Origin: a virus
Direction: 5' to 3' (one strand)
IMG/VR virus record: IMGVR_UViG_3300020129_000672
Coordinates: 1-64,000 of that record
DNA length: 64,000 nucleotides
How positions within the stretch are numbered: the stretch's first letter is position 1; every line of letters begins with the position of its first letter. A program made the translations under genes and the position numbers. The notes beneath the pieces were generated by a model that was not told the origin of the DNA, searched no databases, and saw only the letters and a program-made list of their open reading frames with translations. Shown here piece by piece: positions 57,463-64,000 of the stretch.

Positions 57463-57978
57463 ATGCCGACCGACACCGAACAGCAGAAGCCGACGGAGAG
57501 CGAACGGCGGATCACCCGGGTGGTCGACCGCGGGATGCAGATGATCGTCTCGATGGCGAACAACGGCCGGGCCCATCGTCAGGCGTCGGGCACCGTCAGT
57601 GATCTCAAGATCGGCATCTGCGTCGATGTGATCAGCAACTTTCGAGATTTGTACCAGAAGGCACTGCGGGAGTTGAATAAAAGCACTGATCACGAGACCA
57701 AGCGCGCGTACTTCAAGGTCGCCCACCATTCGCTGGAGGCCATAACAGAGGCGGTGGAGGTCATGCCGGATATCGATGGCACTCCGCCCCTACCAGCCTC
57801 CCCAGTTCCGACGGAGGATAAGGCGGTAAAGAAACGCCGACAATTTTCAGCCGCTGAGCCGGTGGATCAAACCCAGGTACCGGTCAGGCTGACGAACATA
57901 ACGATCAATAATCATGCAAGAAACGGCAGAGCAATCAAGCCAGTCGATGGAACGAGCCAAACCATCGACGGAGAGTAG
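57463..57978 (+). CDS. hypothetical protein
   Basis: 171-aa ORF. Confidence 0.65.
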   Translation: MPTDTEQQKPTESERRITRVVDRGMQMIVSMANNGRAHRQASGTVSDLKIGICVDVISNFRDLYQKALRELNKSTDHETKRAYFKVAHHSLEAITEAVEVMPDIDGTPPLPASPVPTEDKAVKKRRQFSAAEPVDQTQVPVRLTNITINNHARNGRAIKPVDGTSQTIDGE

Positions 57979-58591
57979 ACCACGGTTCTACTTTCTGCGG
58001 ACGGGCGACCGGTCGGTCGTTTACAACGGAAAGCCCGTACCGTTCGTGAAGATCGGTGACGACCTGTCGTACTACATCACGGAAGACCAGCAGCTGGCGG
58101 ACGGCCTACGTCAGGCGTACATCAAGCGGCTTCTGGCGGGTGTTGAAGAGGTGACGCGCGAGGTCTGGGCGGAAAAAAAAAGAATGGCTATCGAGCGGCA
58201 GTTCGAGCGCGATCGATCGTCACAGCAGCCGCTCAACCAGGTGCGGCTGCAAGGCAAGGTCGACCCGTTCGTGGGATCAGCCCGCCCCGCCGCAAATGTT
58301 GCGGGGGTTAGGCCCCGGCTGTCGACCGTCGTGCCCGACCCAAAGAACCCCACGCAGGAGAAGATCGCGCGTGACACCGCTCACGTCGTGGTGCCGCCCC
58401 CAACGAGTGCCGTCCCCAAGGCGGAGCTGATTGCACCGGCCGGCCCGTCGGACGTCGTGGCAGGCCCGCCAGGGCCCTTGCCGGCCCCTTCTGTACCGCT
58501 ACCTAAACCACCACCTGCTCCCCCAAAGGGCCAGAAGACGGGAAAGGTTCCAGCCAAAGCGGTGGTCAAGGCGGTGGACGATGAGTTCTGA
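57914..58591 (+). CDS. hypothetical protein with a Pro-rich tail
   Basis: 225-aa ORF. Confidence 0.65.
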   Translation: MQETAEQSSQSMERAKPSTESRPRFYFLRTGDRSVVYNGKPVPFVKIGDDLSYYITEDQQLADGLRQAYIKRLLAGVEEVTREVWAEKKRMAIERQFERDRSSQQPLNQVRLQGKVDPFVGSARPAANVAGVRPRLSTVVPDPKNPTQEKIARDTAHVVVPPPTSAVPKAELIAPAGPSDVVAGPPGPLPAPSVPLPKPPPAPPKGQKTGKVPAKAVVKAVDDEF

Positions 58592-58628
58592 CCTTCCTAC
58601 GTTTTGATCTGCTTCCTACATTTAACCC

Positions 58629-59396
58629 GTGACCTACCTAGATTTACTTCAGCTGGTAAAGCCACAGGTTTGGCCGGAGGAGATTGCGACGAACCTGATC
58701 GCGCAATTCCGCCAGGACTTTCGGACCGCCTTGGTCGACCTGCAGGGGAATGTCAAAATGCTGCAGGTCGGTCAGTCGGACACCAAGGATTTTGGTAGCA
58801 CCTTCTGGCGGTGTAACGCCACCTATCTGTACATTCCGCCGCTCGTGCGGTTCTCCCGCGTTCAGATCGTGGATCAGACAGATCCGGATCCAAAGATCTG
58901 TTGTGTTACCCGGGCCGACCCGGTGTCGGCCGATCGGATGGAGTGTCATGAGCGAACGTGCCGAACGCTCGTTCTGCCCGATACGGGTGAGCCTAACAGT
59001 GATGGGTTTTACACACCAGATCCGGCGCTTGATCCGACGGTTGATCCATCGAGCTACGAGACGGCGATCGTCAACGGCAACCTCGCGATCTGGCCGGCCA
59101 TCCCGAGCACTAAAGGAGTGCAATATTCGTACTCTGGGGTGAAGCGTACTTGGCTTGATGCCGACCCATTGCCTGATCTGTGGGTGATCGACAACGAGTG
59201 TGACCCGGAGATCATTGACTACATCTGCTGGTTCTTGCGGCGGATCAAAGACCGGTGCGACCTCGCGAAGTACCAGACGGCTGATCGGGAATTTGTCGCC
59301 CGTCGGCAGAACATGATGAGCGATCTGGCGCGGGACGAGAAATGGCGGTTGGATCTCCTGCGTCCGTGTGCCATCAGTTGCCCCAATAGTTGCTAG
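58629..59396 (+). CDS. head-tail adaptor-like protein (putative)
   Basis: MTYLDLL N-terminus, LAIWPAIP, QYSY; position before the tail genes. Confidence 0.5.
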   Translation: MTYLDLLQLVKPQVWPEEIATNLIAQFRQDFRTALVDLQGNVKMLQVGQSDTKDFGSTFWRCNATYLYIPPLVRFSRVQIVDQTDPDPKICCVTRADPVSADRMECHERTCRTLVLPDTGEPNSDGFYTPDPALDPTVDPSSYETAIVNGNLAIWPAIPSTKGVQYSYSGVKRTWLDADPLPDLWVIDNECDPEIIDYICWFLRRIKDRCDLAKYQTADREFVARRQNMMSDLARDEKWRLDLLRPCAISCPNSC

Positions 59397-59399
59397 CTT

Positions 59400-60341
59400 A
59401 TGCCAGTTCCAGACGGAGCCCTACCACCGGTCTTCACCGGCCCGCTTAACCCAAGCAGCGACATCTGCGATGCGTTCACCCGGTTGATCGGCCTGCGTGA
59501 GCAGCTGGGGATTCTCATCAGCTGGATGTTCAAGGACGATGGGACGATCAATGACGGTCTCAATGCCGAGCTCTACAAGTGGATTTACGGCCCACTGACA
59601 GCCAGCGGGACGGGCGGGGAGTATGTACTGACATCGACCCTGCCGTACGCCAATCCCTACACGATTAACTACCCGGGTCGAATCGTCTTCTTCATCGCCT
59701 CGCACGACTCGCCCGACAGTTCGGTCGGCAGCACGATCAAGCTCTATCTGATTGACCCACTGCCGTTGCTCAACCTTTACGGCGTGTCGCTCGAGGCGGG
59801 TGATATTCGAAACGGCCAGGTGGTGGGGGCGATTTTTGACGGAACGAACTGGCGGGCGTTTACCAGCATCAGCCGGATTTCGCTCGACCAGCTTGAGGGT
59901 GGAGCAGAGGGTGATTTTCTACGCAGCCGAGATGTTGGCGGAAAACAACACGTGGTGTCGGAAGGGTATTACCGAACGCCCGATGATGGACTGGTGGCAG
60001 TTCCGGCCGCCGGATCGGCCGCGACGTTCTCGCATGGGTTCTCCAAGAAGCCGTTGTTCTACGGTGTGGATCTGGTCTGTATCGCGACCGATCTTGGATA
60101 CTCGGCCGGGACCGGACCGGATGATGCGGACGAAGTTCAGGTGGCAGCCACCTCTTATTTTGATTCAACCTTCAATGATCAGAATTCGCCTACCATTTCC
60201 GTCAGCCCGACGACCATCCGGATGATTCAACGGCCGGTCGGTCAGCCAAATGCTTTACGGATCGCCAACAAGACGACGGGCGCCCAGTCGGAGATTGATC
60301 CAACTAAATGGAAACTTCGCGCCTGGGCAGTCGCACGATGA
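59400..60341 (+). CDS. tail fibre/collar-like protein
   Basis: LEAGDIRNGQVVGAIFDGTNW; FSHG..KP..LVCIATDLGYS.G...WKLRAWA. Confidence 0.65.
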   Translation: MPVPDGALPPVFTGPLNPSSDICDAFTRLIGLREQLGILISWMFKDDGTINDGLNAELYKWIYGPLTASGTGGEYVLTSTLPYANPYTINYPGRIVFFIASHDSPDSSVGSTIKLYLIDPLPLLNLYGVSLEAGDIRNGQVVGAIFDGTNWRAFTSISRISLDQLEGGAEGDFLRSRDVGGKQHVVSEGYYRTPDDGLVAVPAAGSAATFSHGFSKKPLFYGVDLVCIATDLGYSAGTGPDDADEVQVAATSYFDSTFNDQNSPTISVSPTTIRMIQRPVGQPNALRIANKTTGAQSEIDPTKWKLRAWAVAR

Positions 60342-60344
60342 TCT

Positions 60345-63300
60345 ATGCCATGCGGGAAGGAGATCACGAATGAACCTCTGTTGGGCGGGCTCGATCTTCG
60401 CAACCAACGGGGAACCGGTCGGCAGCAGGATTTTGAGCTGCTGCTGAATGTCGATGGGTCGGCCGAAGACGGGTACTTTCGCGGCAGTGGCTGGCGCCGT
60501 TACCTCTACGACCAACTTTGCCCGGGCGGGACGATCATCACCCCGCCACCAAGCTTTGCCATTTGGTCAGGCCGGGTTGGGTTGGATGCGGCCGGCACGT
60601 GGATTACCGATGAGTCGTCACTGCTGGCCCCCCAGTTCCTGTTTTGGGGTGGGCTCGAGCAGAGCAAGCTGGCGACCGTCACGCAGGATACACCGGCCGG
60701 TAACTTCGCGTTCACCACTCCGGATGGTGCGGCACTGACCGTCACTTATTCCGACTCGATCGTCGTTCAATCCGGACCATGGAGCCTTCCACTGTCGATC
60801 CAGCAGTTCGATGACACGGCGCTTGGTCGACCACTGTCGGTCGACATCCAGTACACGACGCTCCTCCGGACGGCCCCTGCGGTGGAGAATCTGGATGGCG
60901 GGGCCCAGACGGTGACAATCGGCGCGACCGGCACGGTTGATTTCAGCTACCCGTCGACCGACGTCCTTGATTCATTACCATCAACCGCAACGGTCAACGT
61001 CCCGCTCCTGGCGTACGACGGGGTGACGGACGACGCCGAGACATCCGGCTTCACCCAAAGCCCATCGATCGCCCACAATGAAACGCTGAGTACAACCCTC
61101 ACCAGTTCGAGTCCCGAGTGGCCGGATCTGATTGGCCAGACGTCCGCTGTGTTCGGCGCCGCTGGAAGTGTCAGCCCTATCGGATCGTCCAGTCCGGGCC
61201 CGACCAATCTTGATCTGCACTTTGGCGAGAACGGGGTGGGCGCTCAGATGGATCTGACGTGGCACTACCGGCCGTTCGTCGGCTACTGGATCTACTTGAT
61301 CGACGACCTCGCCCAATGGCACCCCACGTCGTTCAAGCTGCTGTCGGACGACAGCAACCTTCCGATGGCCAGCCTGGCCGATCTGGGCGGGCCGGCGGTA
61401 AACAGGGGAGAGATCAATGGATTTGGCTACGAGGTGGTGCAGGATTTTGGGAGCGGCGTGTTCAAGCTCTTTCGTTCAAAATTTCAACTGACGGACGGCT
61501 CGGACGACACGGTGGTTGTGACCGGCACCAGCCCGGGTCCAACGACCTCCACCACCCCCGGCTCGTACGGCAATCAGGATCTGCACGATCAGATGTGGCA
61601 GTCGCGGCAGGTGGTGGACATCAGTCCGGAGGTCGTGCTGGCCAACCCATCGGCCGGCAGTAGCCCCTGTCTGGAGTGGAAGATCCGGCTGAAGGCCAAC
61701 CGTTATGCCGTGCGGATCGGTCATCTGTATCTTCGGCTCGAGTATCAGTCGGGGGCTGGCAATGGCTTCAAAGAGGTGGACATCGTGGTGGCGATGACGA
61801 CCGCCGTGTGGCTGACGTTTGCCCTGCCGGGTGACGCACACGATATTCACATCACCCGACTGTCCGGCCTGATCGATTCGAAGTTCACCCAGACGGCGAC
61901 GACCATCGACTGCGGGGCCAGTACGATCATTGAGAGTGGAGATGATGCGTGCAGCCCGTATTTGCCGTATGAACGGTCAGAGATATCCCTGCTGAAGAGC
62001 GTCACGAGCTCGAGCAAGAAGCGTCGGCTGTTTGCCGGTACGCGTGACACGCTGTTCGTCAACGACGATCTGGCGGGCAACTGGCGGGTGATCGCCGATG
62101 GGTTGGGCGGTGAGTGTGGGGCGGAGGATAAGGATACCAGCCTGTCGTTCAAGGTCGAGACGCTGGGAGACATCGCGATCTTTACCAACGGCCTTGATCT
62201 GGTTTTGGAGTTTCAACTGAACGATCCACCGCTGGGGGCCCTTCAGTGGTCGGCCGATTATGTGGCGGACCTCCAGGCGCTGCGGATCACCTCCGCTAAA
62301 GTCATAGGGAAGTACCAGGGATTTATCCTGCTGGCGGATATCACGCAGGACGGCCGGTCAAAACCCGGGACGATCATCTGGAGCGACTACAACGATGCTC
62401 GGTCGTGGGTGCCGGGCGGTAACTCAGCCGCCGGCTTTCAGGACTTTGGACGGGGTGAGATCGTCCTGGCGATTGAACCGATCGGTGGATCGCTCAGGGT
62501 CTACACCAGCCAAGCGATCTACGACGGTCGGTTGGTCGATGGTCCAGCGATCTTTGCCTTCGATGAGATCCACCGGTTTGAGGACGATGAGGCGTCGGTC
62601 CTGCGGTATCCCAACACGTTGGTCAATGTCGGGAACGTCCATTACTACCTGGGGGTCGACAGCATTTACAGCACGACCGTCTACGATCGGGCACCTCAGC
62701 GAGTGGAATGGATGTATGTGGCGGCCGGCGCAATCTTTGTCGGCCTGCCGGCGGTGGTCGTCCAGGGCCTGCCTGATCTCGCCAGTTACGGACCGGTCGA
62801 TAAAGGGCGGTGTCGCCTGCCGGTCGGTGGGTTTGATGCACTGCACGGTGCCGTCTGGTTCAGCTGGCCGACCACCACACAGGGGTCGAATGATCTGACA
62901 CTTGTGCTGTGGCCGCGGTATCATAAGGCCAGCCTTATCAACCAGGGGTTCACTGCTTTTACCAACCACCGGCCGGACCGGATGATGACGCTCAGGGATT
63001 GGGAGGACCGACAGGGAATCTGTTCGGCCAACGATCAGCTGCTGCCAAAGGAGGGGGCGGCCTGTGATGCCGGTAACGAGATGGTGGCCTACCCCTATTT
63101 GTACAACGCGACGGAGAGCACGGCCCTGCCGATGGATCCCGCCAGCGCGATCGCCGCCATGTGCGGTCAGTGTCTGGAAGACCTGTGCGCCGATTGTGAT
63201 GCTGACAGTCGGTTCCTAATGGCGATCACCGGTGACGATATATCGATCAAAGAGTATACCGGGTGCGGCGTACGGGAGGCTCTGACCGGTCACATCGTTC

Positions 63301-63698
63301 AGCCGTTTCCTGCCCTGTCAGTCGGTTGCTACGAGAATCGCGGTTACCTGTCGGTCCTCCAACGCCGGCTCTTTCGGTACGGGACGACGAATGATAAGGA
63401 GTGTAGTGGGATGAAGCTCAACGTGTCGTCCGATGGCTTAACCATGATGGTCGGGCAGATCGGGATGACCGACTGTGCGGACACCACCAGGTGGTCCTTG
63501 CCGTTCACCCGACAGGTCTGCGACTCGAACCTGACGGTCATCACCGATCCTCTCGCCTCAGGCGCGCGGTTCAAGGACGGCCAGTATTTCCCGTTCTATG
63601 AGCGTGGGCAGTTCGTTACCTGTCGTATTTATGTCACGGGGTTGGACGGTTGTTTCCGGATCAGCGCTTCGACGCTTAAACTGATGGAGGTCTGTTAA
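60345..63698 (+). CDS. tail nozzle / DNA-stabilisation protein (P22 gp10 / tubular-B-like) with an inserted domain
   Basis: Beta-propeller-like motifs RLFAGT, IFTNG.D, TIIWSDYND...W, YYLGVDSIY, AVWFSWP. Confidence 0.65.
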   Translation: MPCGKEITNEPLLGGLDLRNQRGTGRQQDFELLLNVDGSAEDGYFRGSGWRRYLYDQLCPGGTIITPPPSFAIWSGRVGLDAAGTWITDESSLLAPQFLFWGGLEQSKLATVTQDTPAGNFAFTTPDGAALTVTYSDSIVVQSGPWSLPLSIQQFDDTALGRPLSVDIQYTTLLRTAPAVENLDGGAQTVTIGATGTVDFSYPSTDVLDSLPSTATVNVPLLAYDGVTDDAETSGFTQSPSIAHNETLSTTLTSSSPEWPDLIGQTSAVFGAAGSVSPIGSSSPGPTNLDLHFGENGVGAQMDLTWHYRPFVGYWIYLIDDLAQWHPTSFKLLSDDSNLPMASLADLGGPAVNRGEINGFGYEVVQDFGSGVFKLFRSKFQLTDGSDDTVVVTGTSPGPTTSTTPGSYGNQDLHDQMWQSRQVVDISPEVVLANPSAGSSPCLEWKIRLKANRYAVRIGHLYLRLEYQSGAGNGFKEVDIVVAMTTAVWLTFALPGDAHDIHITRLSGLIDSKFTQTATTIDCGASTIIESGDDACSPYLPYERSEISLLKSVTSSSKKRRLFAGTRDTLFVNDDLAGNWRVIADGLGGECGAEDKDTSLSFKVETLGDIAIFTNGLDLVLEFQLNDPPLGALQWSADYVADLQALRITSAKVIGKYQGFILLADITQDGRSKPGTIIWSDYNDARSWVPGGNSAAGFQDFGRGEIVLAIEPIGGSLRVYTSQAIYDGRLVDGPAIFAFDEIHRFEDDEASVLRYPNTLVNVGNVHYYLGVDSIYSTTVYDRAPQRVEWMYVAAGAIFVGLPAVVVQGLPDLASYGPVDKGRCRLPVGGFDALHGAVWFSWPTTTQGSNDLTLVLWPRYHKASLINQGFTAFTNHRPDRMMTLRDWEDRQGICSANDQLLPKEGAACDAGNEMVAYPYLYNATESTALPMDPASAIAAMCGQCLEDLCADCDADSRFLMAITGDDISIKEYTGCGVREALTGHIVQPFPALSVGCYENRGYLSVLQRRLFRYGTTNDKECSGMKLNVSSDGLTMMVGQIGMTDCADTTRWSLPFTRQVCDSNLTVITDPLASGARFKDGQYFPFYERGQFVTCRIYVTGLDGCFRISASTLKLMEVC

Positions 63699-63703
63699 CG
63701 ACG

Positions 63704-63892
63704 ATGGCCACCCAGAATTCCAATGCGAGCCGGATGATTCCGCCGCAGGTTCCGCGGCTCAAAGAATTCCCGCCCTTCCCGACCCTTGAGGAATCGTGTC
63801 CGGATCTGGTCCGGCGTTTCCCGGAGTTGCGGGAGTTTGATCGACGGGCTAAGCAGTGGATCGAACGGATCAAACAGGGAAATCAAGTCTAA
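63704..63892 (+). CDS. hypothetical protein
   Basis: Follows the nozzle gene. Confidence 0.5.
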   Translation: MATQNSNASRMIPPQVPRLKEFPPFPTLEESCPDLVRRFPELREFDRRAKQWIERIKQGNQV

Positions 63893-64000
63893 GTTGCTTC
63901 CGTCTTTCCAACCAACCATCATCTCATCATGTCGAGCGTATTCAATCTCGGGGGAGTCCTCGGCGCAATCTTCCCCGGGAAGGACCAGCAGATCTATTAC

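Noticed and set aside
1-64000. CRISPR array, tRNA, tmRNA, rRNA, integrase or att site
   Set aside because: I saw no regularly spaced repeat-spacer array, no cloverleaf or T-arm/CCA end, and no recombinase motifs. The TTTCCA palindromes are kilobases apart and tied to promoters.

Overview
This ~60% GC window is part of a tailed dsDNA phage genome, probably podovirus-like. The host is unknown; the weak Shine-Dalgarno use, leaderless promoters and a PEP-CTERM-type domain hint at a PVC/Verrucomicrobia-like host (inference only). Layout: (1) 1-11.3 kb, a leftward early operon with a C5 DNA methyltransferase, a PAPS-reductase-family protein, a gp88-like protein, a DUF3560-methyltransferase fusion and many small hypotheticals. 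(2) 11.3-12.5 kb, a non-coding control or packaging region. (3) 12.5-28.4 kb, an accessory region of short genes, many with their own leaderless promoter and a recurring TTTCCA-N6-TGGAAAG palindrome. It includes a Nu1-like HTH, a LexA-like regulator, a secreted nuclease, a metalloprotease, and a ~940-nt very highly structured non-coding RNA directly followed by an HNH-AP2 endonuclease. (4) 28.9-37.6 kb, replication and recombination genes (SSB-like, SbcC/Rad50-like ATPase, UvrD, DnaC-like, DnaB, Acb2/Tad1-like sponge, RuvC-like). (5) An inverted terminase large subunit. (6) 39.5-64 kb, the virion module (portal, scaffold, capsid, Ig-like proteins, fibres and spikes that carry signal peptides, a GIY-YIG endonuclease that appears to have replaced a gene 3' end, and a tail nozzle). 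The best candidate for a new system is the giant ncRNA-HNH locus at 23.5-25.1 kb. All family calls come from motif recognition by eye; no database searches were run.
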